From Patescibacteria group bacterium (GTDB lineage Bacteria > Patescibacteriota > Microgenomatia > CAYGWK01): 64,000 nucleotides of DNA. A program made the position numbers and the translations under genes. The DNA lies in the NCBI GenBank assembly GCA_049322615.1, contig JBMORX010000003.1:3328-67327 (forward strand). Reading direction: 5' to 3'. This document shows, one piece after another, positions 1-8,498 of this stretch (positions are counted from its first letter, which is position 1; each line of letters begins with the position of its first letter). The notes beneath the pieces were generated by a model. It saw nothing but the letters and a program-made list of their open reading frames with translations, ran no database searches and had not been told where the DNA came from.

Positions 1-203
1 GAATAACAATTCCAAATTCTTTGTCAATAGGGACAATTGGTCGAAGCCCTGATTGGGGGAATTCCAGACTTACATCCAAGGAGTATCTCACCCCGCCCCA
101 TTGATTAAACCGATATCCCAACTCTTCTTTGATCACCGGACCAAAAATAAAAAGCGAAATTAAAATCCCCCCAATGATTAGAAAACTGCTAATTTTTCCC
201 ATC
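1..203 (-). CDS. Partial CDS (N-terminus only, runs off the window edge): small membrane protein with one TM helix
   Basis: The reverse-strand ATG at 201-203 opens a frame with no stop before position 1. It translates as MGKISSFLIIGGILISLFIFGPVIKEELGYRFNQWGG..., with a hydrophobic N-terminal helix. It is not in the ORF track because it is truncated by the window edge. Confidence 0.35.
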
Positions 204-212
204 GTCCCTGGA

Positions 213-242
213 GAGGTTTAACCTGGTACCAGGTTAAACCTC
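213..242. terminator. Perfect 30-bp palindrome GAGGTTTAACCTGGTACCAGGTTAAACCTC downstream of tsaB; likely a transcription terminator hairpin
   Basis: I read it directly. The reverse complement of the left 14 nt equals the right 14 nt, around a GGTACC centre. It lies 20 nt beyond the tsaB stop on the minus strand. Confidence 0.5.
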
Positions 243-262
243 ATTTTGAATGGAAATGTCTA

Positions 263-562
263 TCATTTATATTTCGGTTCAACTAGTTTACCTATCTTTT
301 GATTGTTAACCGAAACTTTCAGTGCCCAGGCTAAAGCATTGGCGACCGCCACTCCAACCCTAAGTCCCGTAAAAGAACCCGGTCCTGTTTCCACTTTAAT
401 TTCGGTTATGTCTTTTAAGGTTTTTTTATTTTTTTTAAGAATTTCTGAAATTAAAGTGAGAACTTGTTGCGATTTATCAACCCCAGTTGGTTTTTCCAAA
501 CGATCTTTATCTAACCCAACCACTGTTTTCCTGTTATCTGAAGTATCAATATATAGCCTCAT
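263..562 (-). CDS. tsaB: tRNA threonylcarbamoyladenosine biosynthesis protein TsaB (YeaZ-like), short form
   Basis: The N-terminus reads MRLYIDTS...VGL and there is a GPGSFTGLRVGVAVANALAWAL motif, matching the YeaZ/TsaB N-terminal Kae1-like fold. It sits directly downstream of tsaE. Confidence 0.7.
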   Translation of the reverse strand: MRLYIDTSDNRKTVVGLDKDRLEKPTGVDKSQQVLTLISEILKKNKKTLKDITEIKVETGPGSFTGLRVGVAVANALAWALKVSVNNQKIGKLVEPKYK

Positions 563-592
563 TTGTTTAAATGATTTAAATCATTTTAACAA
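560..592 (-). promoter_or_regulatory. Copy 1 of an identical 33-nt element (CATTTGTTTAAATGATTTAAATCATTTTAACAA) that includes the tsaB start codon and the 18-bp palindrome AAATGATTTAAATCATTT; promoter/operator candidate
   Basis: It is identical to 2163-2195 and 2641-2672. In gene orientation it reads TTGTTA-N17-TAAACA-AATG, which resembles a -35/-10 pair abutting the ATG (a leaderless start). Confidence 0.55.
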
Positions 593-1022
593 CCCTGATT
601 TTCCTGCTATCTTCTTTTAGATATTGAAAATAAATATCGATCCGCTCTTTTGGTAGGATTTTTTTAATTTTCTCCGCCCACTCAATAACAACAATATTGG
701 CAGGATTACTTAAAATTTCCTCAAGTCCTAAACCCTTTGCATCTCTTTGGCTTTCCACCCGATATAAATCTACGTGGTAAAATCTTCGCCCTTCGCCCTT
801 CTTTCTTTGCACTCGATATTCCCGTATCATCACAAATGTGGGCGAAATAACCCTTTTCTTAATACCTAAACCCTTAAGAACACCCTGAACAAAAGTGGTT
901 TTACCACTCCCCAACTCGCCATAAAGACAAATTATTGCTCTTTCTTTTAAATTATTTGCAATTTTTTCGCCCAGTTTTTGAGTTTGGCGGGCGCTTTTGG
1001 TAAGTATTTCCATATTCCCCAC
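576..1022 (-). CDS. tsaE: tRNA threonylcarbamoyladenosine biosynthesis ATPase TsaE (YjeE)
   Basis: It has the P-loop GELGSGKTTFVQG and the SPTF motif, and is about 150 aa. Confidence 0.8.
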   Translation of the reverse strand: MGNMEILTKSARQTQKLGEKIANNLKERAIICLYGELGSGKTTFVQGVLKGLGIKKRVISPTFVMIREYRVQRKKGEGRRFYHVDLYRVESQRDAKGLGLEEILSNPANIVVIEWAEKIKKILPKERIDIYFQYLKEDSRKIRVVKMI

Positions 1023-1414
1023 CAGGCAAGTAACGCCCCAAGGCTATCTATCAAAACATCTCTTGGAGTTCCTTCCCGACCCTGAGTAAAAGTTTGGTGA
1101 AATTCATCACTTGCCGCATAAAGAAAAGTCAATAAAAATGCCATAAAAGCAGCCTTTTTTTCAGGCAAGGAACTTAAGTTTTTAAGTCCGCGATACAAAA
1201 GAGTAAACAAAACCACATATTCAAAAATATGAATTGTTTTTTTAATGGCAAAATCTTGCCAATCAATATGAGAAGCCCGACCGGTCGGGAAACTGGAAAT
1301 AAAAAAAATTAGACCCATCCAGCCTAGTGGTGGAAGCCAAAATCTAGCCAAGAGGCGGAATTTCCTCATTTTTTCCATTATACCCCCTAATTTTAGGAAA
1401 TAAAAGAAAACCAC
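947..1414 (-). CDS. VanZ-like family membrane protein
   Basis: It has multiple TM segments and the motif ASDEFHQTFTQGREGTPRDVLIDSLG typical of VanZ. It overlaps tsaE by 76 nt in a different frame, so the true tsaE start may be internal. Confidence 0.55.
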   Translation of the reverse strand: MVFFYFLKLGGIMEKMRKFRLLARFWLPPLGWMGLIFFISSFPTGRASHIDWQDFAIKKTIHIFEYVVLFTLLYRGLKNLSSLPEKKAAFMAFLLTFLYAASDEFHQTFTQGREGTPRDVLIDSLGALLAWWGIWKYLPKAPAKLKNWAKKLQII

Positions 1415-2165
1415 CAGAAATCAACAAAAGCAGAGTTCCTGTGCCGATTAAAATTTTCGGCAAAAGATTTGAGGGATTTTTAGTTGTTTCTCCCAAAACT
1501 TCGGGAGTTGGCGGGGCTTCTTCCGCCGAAGGAGTTGCCTCCTCGCCCAAAATTTCCCCAGTTGGAGTAGGAATTAGAGTCGGGGTGGGAGTCGGCTTCT
1601 TCGTTGGAGTTGGAGTTGGAGTTGGCGTCGGCAGTGGCGTCGGCAGTGGCGTCGGAGTAGGAGTTGGCTCTGAAACCTCCTCTGGTTCTGGAGTCGGAGT
1701 GGGCACAACGCAGGAATTAGCGCCTCCTTTGGTTGGCACCTGACAAATGCCCCAGTCTCCACCATCAGGCATTCTTCCATAAGAAACACCGGTGCCAGGA
1801 TCCTTGGTATATTGATATTCATCGATAGTTGACCCATGATCATCTTTTAGATAAATTGTGTCGCTGCTTTTATTTAATCTGCTCCCTACCTCAAAAACCA
1901 AAAACCCCTTGGCGCTAATTGTGGCTTCCTTAATATCCACCATATTGGTAGTGGTACCTTCGTCATCTAATATCCAATTGTTTAAATTAATATCTTGACC
2001 AGTAGAATTGTAAAGCTCCACCCAATCTGGACCATCGGTTGGATTTGGCAATAGTTCATTAATGACCACCTGCGCTAAAACTTTTTCTGGTAAAAATAAA
2101 AAAATCGCCGAAGCGATTAAAAACGACAAGAAAATCTTAATTAAATAATTTTGTTTGGCAGACAT
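1344..2165 (-). CDS. Cell-surface protein with a lamin tail domain (LTD), a Pro/Thr-rich linker and a C-terminal TM anchor
   Basis: It has an N-terminal signal/TM segment. The LTD signature is VVINELLPNPTDGPDWVELYN...NLNNWILDD. A (PT)n linker follows, then a C-terminal hydrophobic segment and a basic tail. Confidence 0.6.
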   Translation of the reverse strand: MSAKQNYLIKIFLSFLIASAIFLFLPEKVLAQVVINELLPNPTDGPDWVELYNSTGQDINLNNWILDDEGTTTNMVDIKEATISAKGFLVFEVGSRLNKSSDTIYLKDDHGSTIDEYQYTKDPGTGVSYGRMPDGGDWGICQVPTKGGANSCVVPTPTPEPEEVSEPTPTPTPLPTPLPTPTPTPTPTKKPTPTPTLIPTPTGEILGEEATPSAEEAPPTPEVLGETTKNPSNLLPKILIGTGTLLLLISGGFLLFPKIRGYNGKNEEIPPLG

Positions 2166-2195
2166 TTGTTTAAATGATTTAAATCATTTTAACAA
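2163..2195 (-). promoter_or_regulatory. Copy 2 of the identical 33-nt palindrome-containing element, at the start codon of the LTD protein gene
   Basis: It is an exact match to 560-592. Confidence 0.55.
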
Positions 2196-2196
2196 A

Positions 2197-2643
2197 CTAG
2201 AATGGTTTTTCTTGGCGTTTTTTCTCAAGTTCCTGACGCAAATATCGCCAAGCGCCACTCCCCTTTCCACCTCTTCCCATCTCTCCACTTAAAGCCTCTC
2301 CAACCCTTAGAAGAAAATCCTTAACCGCCTCTTCCCGCAAAAGTTTTTTAATGATTCTTTGATATCCCTGTCCACCGTATTTTCTCATTAAATTCACCCT
2401 GGCAATAGTGGGCAGGCTTACTCGCAAAACTTTACTAATACTTCGAAAATCGTAATCCTTTTCCAGAAGAAAGGCGATAGTTAACCTTTTGGCAAGCATT
2501 ATTTGTTCAGTTGGTGTTAGAAAATCTTTAATAAACTGATTGGCTTCATCTTTTGTTTTAATTTCCACCAGACTTTTAAAGAAAATTTCAAGAATTCTTT
2601 CATAAACTGTATTAGAAATCGGATATTTAGATACTTGCGCCAT
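2197..2643 (-). CDS. TrpR/YerC-like helix-turn-helix DNA-binding protein; candidate binder of the adjacent palindrome
   Basis: The segment LTPTEQIMLAKRLTIAFLL...ISKVLRVSLPTIARV resembles the Trp-repressor-like YerC/YecD family. The gene is itself preceded by copy 3 of the palindrome. Confidence 0.45.
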   Translation of the reverse strand: MAQVSKYPISNTVYERILEIFFKSLVEIKTKDEANQFIKDFLTPTEQIMLAKRLTIAFLLEKDYDFRSISKVLRVSLPTIARVNLMRKYGGQGYQRIIKKLLREEAVKDFLLRVGEALSGEMGRGGKGSGAWRYLRQELEKKRQEKPF

Positions 2644-2672
2644 TTGTTTAAATGATTTAAATCATTTTAACA
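2641..2672 (-). promoter_or_regulatory. Copy 3 of the identical palindrome-containing element, at the start codon of the TrpR-like gene
   Basis: It is an exact match to copies 1 and 2 over 32 nt. Confidence 0.55.
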
Positions 2673-2674
2673 GA

Positions 2675-3820
2675 TTATTGAATGTGGAGATAAATAGTAA
2701 TTATTCCGTCTGGGTGGCCGATAGCGGCGAATTTAAGGGTGCTTACCCCGGAAATGCGAGGACTATCACAGGTTGTCGACCCGCGGATAATTTTCCCTTC
2801 TTTTGGCGCCCGAATTGTTAAATCATCACTTACCATATCAATTCCATCATGAATATTTCCCCCATACCATCCAAGTCTGGCGTAATAGGTCATCCCAAAA
2901 CCTTGGGTAATTTTCGGATTTAAGATCGGCCAATCCATTGAGCCCGAAAAGGGGAAAGGCCCATCCGGCTGATTATCCCAAGTCACAGGGATGGACCGAA
3001 GAAAAGTTGCTGGGTCTTGGGGATTTCCGTCTTTTAAAATAGCAAAATGAAGATGGGGACCGGTTGAACAATCAGGACCTCCAGAATTACCAAGCAAAGC
3101 AACCTGGTCTCCTTGAGCGATTGGTTCTCCCTTACCAGACTGCAATTCTTCAATTGCCTGGGCAATTGCCCGCTTGGTCGCCGCCTGCTCAGCTAAAGCC
3201 CGAGCAAGGAGGTCCTGATAAATTTTTTCTTGACTTTTAGTTTGCTCTAAAAGAAATTCCATTTCCTTTTGCTGTTTTGCTAAAGTTATTTTTTGTTCTT
3301 CCAATTTTTTCTTCAGCGCCTCGACCGCCTGTTTTTGCTCATCATAATTTGTTCTTGTTTCCTCCATCGAGAATAAAAGCTTTCGGTCATGGAGCTGCAT
3401 CACCTTCAAATATTTGAAGCGTTCAATAAACTCGGAAAATCTTTTTGAAGAAAAAAACAAAGCCAGGGGATCAAGCGAGCCTTTTTTATAAGTGGCGGCA
3501 ATTCTTTTGCCTAAAATCCCAGCCAGCGAATCTAAAGAAACCTCAAGTCGGGCAATTTTCTCTGTTAGAAGTTTAATTTGTTCTTCGGTTTGAGAGATTT
3601 TAGTGGTCGTAAGTTTTATTTGGGTCTTTCTTCTGGTGATTTCATTAGAAAGAGTTTGAGCTTTGCCCTGAAGCCTATGCAAGACTTCCTCGTAACAAGA
3701 AATCTTTGCCTGACCAGACTTTTCGGCACATTCGTCCTGATTCTGAGCAAAACTTAAGGAATGCTTAAAAAGACCAAAAATAAATAAAAAGGAAATAATT
3801 ATTCCTAACCATTTTTTCAT
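2675..3820 (-). CDS. M23 family peptidoglycan endopeptidase with an N-terminal coiled coil (EnvC-like FtsEX-associated murein hydrolase activator)
   Basis: It has a signal peptide and a long coiled coil. The C-terminal LytM motifs are GNSGGPDCSTGPHLHFAIL. It lies immediately downstream of ftsEX. Confidence 0.75.
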   Translation of the reverse strand: MKKWLGIIISFLFIFGLFKHSLSFAQNQDECAEKSGQAKISCYEEVLHRLQGKAQTLSNEITRRKTQIKLTTTKISQTEEQIKLLTEKIARLEVSLDSLAGILGKRIAATYKKGSLDPLALFFSSKRFSEFIERFKYLKVMQLHDRKLLFSMEETRTNYDEQKQAVEALKKKLEEQKITLAKQQKEMEFLLEQTKSQEKIYQDLLARALAEQAATKRAIAQAIEELQSGKGEPIAQGDQVALLGNSGGPDCSTGPHLHFAILKDGNPQDPATFLRSIPVTWDNQPDGPFPFSGSMDWPILNPKITQGFGMTYYARLGWYGGNIHDGIDMVSDDLTIRAPKEGKIIRGSTTCDSPRISGVSTLKFAAIGHPDGIITIYLHIQ

Positions 3821-4686
3821 TTAAGATAGCGTCTGGTTGCCAAAAGACTACCTAAGGTCCCGATTGCTGCCCCGCCAAAGACAAGAGCAGAAAGCAAAAC
3901 CAACATAAAAAGAGGGTCAACCGGTAGAATCGGAATTCCCGAAAGAAAAGAAACCAAAAGTGGGGTTGTGTAAAGAAGGAGAATATAAGTTATAATCCAG
4001 GCAAAGGTTCCCCCGACGACTCCGTAAAATACTCCTTCTAAGATAAAGGGGGCGCGAATATACCATGATGTTGCTCCAATTAGTTTTAAAATCTCAATTT
4101 CTTCCTTGCGGAGAGCAATTTTCATTCCAATAATGACTAAAATCACCAAAAGAGAAATAATACCCAGAGTAATCGTTAAACCTGCACCAATTCTTCGCAA
4201 AGCAGAAGTCCAAGCCGATAAAGAAGAGATAACATCCTCCTGGAAAATAACCTCTTCAACTTGAGGTTCGTTTTTGAGAATTTGCGCCACCTCGCCTAAA
4301 TCCGAAAGTTTAATCGCCGAAACCTCAAGCGAAGCCGGCAAAATATTGGCGGTTACCATTTCCAGAAGTAATGGGTCTTCTTTGTTTTGTTCCCGATAAA
4401 TTGCCAAAGCCTCCTCTTTTGAGACATATTTCATTTGGGAAACCTTAGCCGAAGCCTCAAGACGAGCTTTTAAGGCTTCAACCTGTTCTATTTTTGTCCC
4501 TTCCCTAAAAAAGGCAGTTACTTGAGGACGAGTCTCAAACCAGTTCAAAATCGCTTGAGAACCGGCCGCCAGCAAGATAAAAATGGCGGCGATGGTAAAA
4601 GTTAAGGTCATCACCAGGACTGCCGAAAGTGCCTGATAGGGCGACCTTCTTATATGTTGCCAGGCAACTTTAAAATGTTTCATCAT
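3817..4686 (-). CDS. ftsX: Cell division permease FtsX
   Basis: It has four TM helices and a periplasmic domain. It follows ftsE with a 4-nt overlap. Confidence 0.8.
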   Translation of the reverse strand: MMKHFKVAWQHIRRSPYQALSAVLVMTLTFTIAAIFILLAAGSQAILNWFETRPQVTAFFREGTKIEQVEALKARLEASAKVSQMKYVSKEEALAIYREQNKEDPLLLEMVTANILPASLEVSAIKLSDLGEVAQILKNEPQVEEVIFQEDVISSLSAWTSALRRIGAGLTITLGIISLLVILVIIGMKIALRKEEIEILKLIGATSWYIRAPFILEGVFYGVVGGTFAWIITYILLLYTTPLLVSFLSGIPILPVDPLFMLVLLSALVFGGAAIGTLGSLLATRRYLK

Positions 4687-5363
4687 ACTGGTTCGTATTT
4701 TCCTCCAGTTTGGTCTTTAATAACCTCTCCCTTGTCAAGTTTTATCACTCTTTCTTTCATTGAGTCAACAATATCAACATTATGAGTTGCCATCAAAACC
4801 GTTGTTCCCATTTTATTAATTTTTTTTAAGAGTTTAACAATTTGCCAGGAAGTTGAGGGATCAAGATTTCCTGTTGGCTCATCGGCAATTAAAATTTTTG
4901 GGTTTGAGACAACGGCTCTGGCTAAACAGGTTCGCTGAAGCTCCCCGCCTGCAAGCTGAAGCGGAAAAAGATTTTCCCGATCGGCAAGTCCGACTAATTC
5001 TAAAACTTCTCTTGTCTTTTTTTCAATTTCCTTTCTGTCTTTTTTGGTCACCTCCAAAGCCAAAGCGACATTTTCAAAAACTGTTCGATCTAGCAAAAGT
5101 TTGAAGTCCTGAAAAACCACGCCTATTTTTTGCCTCAATTTGGGAAGTTCTCCCGAAGATATTTCCGAAAGATTAGTTCCATCGATTTCGATTTTTCCTT
5201 CCGAAGGCAGGATTTCCTTAAGGATAAGTTTAACGATGGTTGTCTTTCCTGCTCCTGAAGGTCCGGTTATGAAGACAAACTCTCCAGGTTCAATCTCAAA
5301 TGAGACAGCTCGGAGAGCAACGATGTCACCAAACTTTTTAGTTACCTTTTCGAATTTTACCAT
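4683..5363 (-). CDS. ftsE: Cell division ATP-binding protein FtsE
   Basis: It has Walker A (GPSGAGKTT), an ABC signature region and Walker B (ILIADEPTGNLD). Confidence 0.85.
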   Translation of the reverse strand: MVKFEKVTKKFGDIVALRAVSFEIEPGEFVFITGPSGAGKTTIVKLILKEILPSEGKIEIDGTNLSEISSGELPKLRQKIGVVFQDFKLLLDRTVFENVALALEVTKKDRKEIEKKTREVLELVGLADRENLFPLQLAGGELQRTCLARAVVSNPKILIADEPTGNLDPSTSWQIVKLLKKINKMGTTVLMATHNVDIVDSMKERVIKLDKGEVIKDQTGGKYEPV

Positions 5364-5419
5364 TTTTTCTCATCCTCACTACTCGCCCCCGACCCACAAC
5401 TCACATCTCACCCTCATCC

Positions 5420-5839
5420 TTATTCTAAAATCTTTACCCTACCAACATCCATCAGCCAGCCTGCTTTCTGACCCTTAAAAGTTTCTCCCCAAACTTGGAC
5501 TTTTTTACCAACAAATTGGTCAAGATCAATAATTGAAGAGGTTAAATAAGCAGTTTGCGACGGTCCGCCTTCACGAATAAGTTTATGAGTTCCCTCACCA
5601 TCAATTCCATTTTTTTCAATTATTCCTGTAGCCGTATCTTTAAAGGTTTTAATATCAGGAGAGCCTACTTCTTTGCCTTTCTTAAGAGTTGGCGCAGTCA
5701 GAGCGCTACCAGGAATCACTCCTGGTTTGGCAAGGAAAAAACCAGTTAAAACTCCGGCTGCCATTATTCCCACCACCAAAAGGGCAGGGGCCAAAACTTG
5801 GCGAATGCTTTTCTTTTTTATTTCTTCAGTTTCTTCCAT
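5420..5839 (-). CDS. Hypothetical membrane-anchored protein
   Basis: There is a single N-terminal TM helix and no recognisable motif. Confidence 0.4.
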   Translation of the reverse strand: MEETEEIKKKSIRQVLAPALLVVGIMAAGVLTGFFLAKPGVIPGSALTAPTLKKGKEVGSPDIKTFKDTATGIIEKNGIDGEGTHKLIREGGPSQTAYLTSSIIDLDQFVGKKVQVWGETFKGQKAGWLMDVGRVKILE

Positions 5840-5919
5840 AACTCACCTCCTCTGCAAACGCGGAAACGCAGAACCCTTCGGGCGCAAAAACGCTAAATTT
5901 TTGCGTCTCTGCGGTTCCA

Positions 5920-6906
5920 CTATACCATACTTTTTAACTCTGCTTCAATAAATAAATCAAGTTCTCCGTCTAAAACTTTTTCCGGGTCAGACGTTTCCAC
6001 CTGTGTTCGCAAATCCTTAACCATTTTATAGGGATGCAAAACATAAGACCGAATCTGGTTTCCCCAACCGGTAACTTTTACTTCGCCCTTGAGTTTCTTC
6101 TCCTCTTCTTTAGCCCGAGCGGAAGCGAGGGCCCAGAGTTTGGCGCGCAAAAGCATTAAGGCGATTTTTCGGTTTTGTTCTTGGTAGCGCTGGGATTGAG
6201 AACAGACAACAATTCCCGTTGGTTTGTGGCGAAGCCTCACCGCCGAAGAAACTTTTTGGACATTTTGGCCACCTTGGGAGGAGGCGCGAAAAAACTCCCA
6301 AGATAAATCATTTTCAGAAATTGAGATTTCCGGTGCCTCTTCAATCTGGGGTAAAACCACGACTTGGGCAAACGAGGTTTGCCTAAGCCGGTCAGCATTA
6401 AAAGGCGATTGCCTGACTAACCTGTGAACTCCGGCCTCTCCTTTAAGATATCCATAGGCATAAGTGCCAGAAATAGTCATGGTCACACTTTTTATCCCTG
6501 CTTCTTCTCCAGGATTTAAGTCAACCACGTCCGTTTGCCAGTTTCTTTTTTCGGCGTATCGCAAATACATCCTCTGGAGGATTTCTGCCCAATCCATGGC
6601 TTCGGTCCCCCCTTGACCAGCATGAATTGACAAAATGGCATCGTTTTTATCATAAGGACCAGAAAGAAACGTTTTAAGTTCAAGATCGGCAAGCATTTTC
6701 TCATCCGGAGACAAATCAAGTGTTTCTAGATTCTCAATTGTCTTTTTCAATTCCGCCAGTTCTTGAGTTTTCTCCCTCGCCAAAGTTTGGTCCTGCCAAA
6801 ACTCCGGCTTTGCCATCTCTGCCCCTATTTCCGAAGCCCTCTTTTTCAAGGCTTCGATATCTAATTTTTCTTTAAGAACTTGAATTCTCTTTTTAAAGTC
6901 TTCCAT
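5920..6906 (-). CDS. prfB: Peptide chain release factor 2 (not frameshifted)
   Basis: It has the SPF tripeptide (SPFNADRLRQTS) and the GGQ motif (SSQGGQNVQKV). It aligns with E. coli RF2 from about residue 14, and the reading frame is continuous. Confidence 0.85.
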   Translation of the reverse strand: MEDFKKRIQVLKEKLDIEALKKRASEIGAEMAKPEFWQDQTLAREKTQELAELKKTIENLETLDLSPDEKMLADLELKTFLSGPYDKNDAILSIHAGQGGTEAMDWAEILQRMYLRYAEKRNWQTDVVDLNPGEEAGIKSVTMTISGTYAYGYLKGEAGVHRLVRQSPFNADRLRQTSFAQVVVLPQIEEAPEISISENDLSWEFFRASSQGGQNVQKVSSAVRLRHKPTGIVVCSQSQRYQEQNRKIALMLLRAKLWALASARAKEEEKKLKGEVKVTGWGNQIRSYVLHPYKMVKDLRTQVETSDPEKVLDGELDLFIEAELKSMV

Positions 6907-6992
6907 ATCAGTCTTTCTGGTTTATTCTAGCTTATTTAAGTATATCATAATTTCTGCCTCAAACCATCATCAACTTTACTATCAGTTTGTTC

Positions 6993-7008
6993 CAATGATT
7001 TAAATCAT
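6993..7008. promoter_or_regulatory. Degenerate fourth copy of the AATGATTTAAATCATT palindrome, upstream of prfB
   Basis: The sequence is CCAATGATTTAAATCATTGAATCATTT, which matches 16 of 18 positions of the core. It lies about 90 nt upstream of the prfB start. Confidence 0.4.
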
Positions 7009-7106
7009 TGAATCATTTAGGCACAGATTTTCACTTTTTAATTAATAACCTTGAAACTATAGGAGATCTTCTGTAAGTATGTTTTCTCGGGCAAATTTAA
7101 GGCGGA

Positions 7107-7454
7107 TTATTTTCCTGCTTCTTGAGAAGACCAGACAAGAAATAATCTCTTTTTGAAACTCCCTCGTTCCTCTCTTTTCGTAACCTGTTTTTCTTCTACC
7201 AATCTGAAGTCAATTCCGTAGAATTCAGAAATTGATTTAAGAAGTTCCAAAACATCAGCCATTTCGTTTAATAAATCTTCCCTGGGAGTAGTTAATAATT
7301 CACTTGCCTCCTCTGCTAATTTCTTTTTTAGCTCTCGCTCAAATTCTCTCTCTTCCATGACTCCTACTTCATACTGACCACCGCTAGCCTCAATAATTTC
7401 CGGAATTCTATCCCTAATCAGTTTATTATGAAGAAACTTCCTTTCCTGAGTCAT
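7107..7454 (-). CDS. MazG/HisE-like nucleoside triphosphate pyrophosphohydrolase (start moved to an internal Met)
   Basis: The motif pattern KLIRDRIPEII...EE.EL..KL.EE..EL...DLL.E.ADV matches the all-alpha NTP pyrophosphatase fold. The first 18 codons of the tracked ORF fall inside the 34-bp palindromic element and are probably not translated. Confidence 0.5.
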   Translation of the reverse strand: MTQERKFLHNKLIRDRIPEIIEASGGQYEVGVMEEREFERELKKKLAEEASELLTTPREDLLNEMADVLELLKSISEFYGIDFRLVEEKQVTKREERGSFKKRLFLVWSSQEAGK

Positions 7455-7491
7455 GGCGCGATTATACCACAAAAATTCACACACTAATTTC

Positions 7492-7525
7492 TTGACAAAA
7501 TCTGGCACGTGCGGAATTTTGTCAA
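7492..7525. repeat. Palindromic element copy a: TTGACAAAAT-CTGG-CACGTG-CGGA-ATTTTGTCAA
   Basis: I read it directly. The 10-bp arms are perfect inverted repeats around a CACGTG core. It lies in the divergent region between 7107-7454(-) and 7611-7901(+). Confidence 0.7.
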
Positions 7526-7610
7526 GGCGGAAGAGGTAAGAGGCAAATTCAAAAAAACGGGAAGAATTTGACTATTGATTTTTAATTTTTCTTTTTGTTA
7601 AGATTTCTTT

Positions 7611-7901
7611 ATGTTGACTAAGGCTGATTTGTCTCAAATCCGAAAAATTGTCAGAGAGGAGATAGAAACTGAATCAAAATCTCTTCAGGAAGAACTTCAA
7701 GGAGAAATCAAACTCTCGCGAATGGAGATTCAGAAAGATGTTCACCTACTTGCAAATAAAGTTAAGAACCTAGAGATGATAGCTAACAAAATTCAAAAGA
7801 GCATCAAGTCGGTTGTAAATTTCTTTGACAGAGAATATCTTCGGCTTCGGAAACAGGTTGAGCGCCTCGAAGAACACCTCAATCTTCCCTCGCTCCAGTA
7901 A
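7611..7901 (+). CDS. Small coiled-coil protein (paralog of 30976-31239)
   Basis: It is 96 aa with heptad-rich sequence. Its N-terminus MLTKADLSQIRKIVREEIE resembles MLTRKDLKEEIEIAV of the second gene. The upstream TTGACTATTGATTTTT is shared with the upstream region of 30976. Confidence 0.45.
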   Translation: MLTKADLSQIRKIVREEIETESKSLQEELQGEIKLSRMEIQKDVHLLANKVKNLEMIANKIQKSIKSVVNFFDREYLRLRKQVERLEEHLNLPSLQ

Positions 7902-7929
7902 AATCTAGTCAAAAACAAGGCCCAAATCG

Positions 7930-7963
7930 TTGACAAAATAGAACACGTGTCTTATTTTGTCAA
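7930..7963. repeat. Palindromic element copy b: TTGACAAAAT-AGAA-CACGTG-TCTT-ATTTTGTCAA
   Basis: It has perfect arms and sits in the convergent intergenic region. Confidence 0.7.
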
Positions 7964-8044
7964 AATACGCAAAAAGATGCTCGAGGGAAATTTTGTGTGG
8001 GTTTACATTGAGTTCACCGAACTGCAAATTTAAAAGCGGGAAGA

Positions 8045-8497
8045 TTATTTTGGACAGATAAGATTTTTAACCTTTTGGCTTTCTTCCGAAGGCAAAAGAA
8101 GGATATCTCCGATTACTTCTTGGGCGGTTTTGGGTTTGCGGGGAGAAACAATGGTTGAGACGCCTAAAATTTTGCTCAAATTATTTGCCCCAGAAATCAC
8201 CAACTCTCCAAACGCTTCTTGACGTTTTTCTGGAGAAAAAAGAGCCTGAATTTTTGCTTTATCAGCCATGGCGGCAATAATAATAAGGTCAAATAAAAGC
8301 ATTAAAATCACTCCTAGAAAAAATCCGAAAACCGCCCCTCGCATTGAGATTTTGAAAATATGTTCCCGAACATAAGCCAAAAGCAAAATAAAGAAAAAAG
8401 CGAAAAAAAGAATAATAATAAGTTTTATATAGGGCGAGTTGCCAAATTTTTGGTAAAAAGTAAAAAGTAAAAGATATGGGTCAAAGGGAATTTTCAT
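8045..8497 (-). CDS. Hypothetical membrane protein
   Basis: It has several TM helices and no recognisable motif. Confidence 0.45.
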   Translation of the reverse strand: MKIPFDPYLLLFTFYQKFGNSPYIKLIIILFFAFFFILLLAYVREHIFKISMRGAVFGFFLGVILMLLFDLIIIAAMADKAKIQALFSPEKRQEAFGELVISGANNLSKILGVSTIVSPRKPKTAQEVIGDILLLPSEESQKVKNLICPK

Positions 8498-8498
8498 T

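Noticed and set aside
947-1022. The 76-nt overlap of tsaE with the VanZ-like gene and the 100-nt overlap of the ABC transporter with serS, as real overlapping genes
   Set aside because: These are more likely artefacts of the longest-ORF start choice. Internal Met codons give conventional N-termini with short or no overlap.
5920-6906. Programmed +1 frameshift in prfB
   Set aside because: The ORF aligns with RF2 from the region around the canonical shift site onward and is continuous with its own ATG. There is no in-frame UGA and no upstream frame, so this RF2 is not frameshifted. The presence of RF2 also argues for the standard genetic code.
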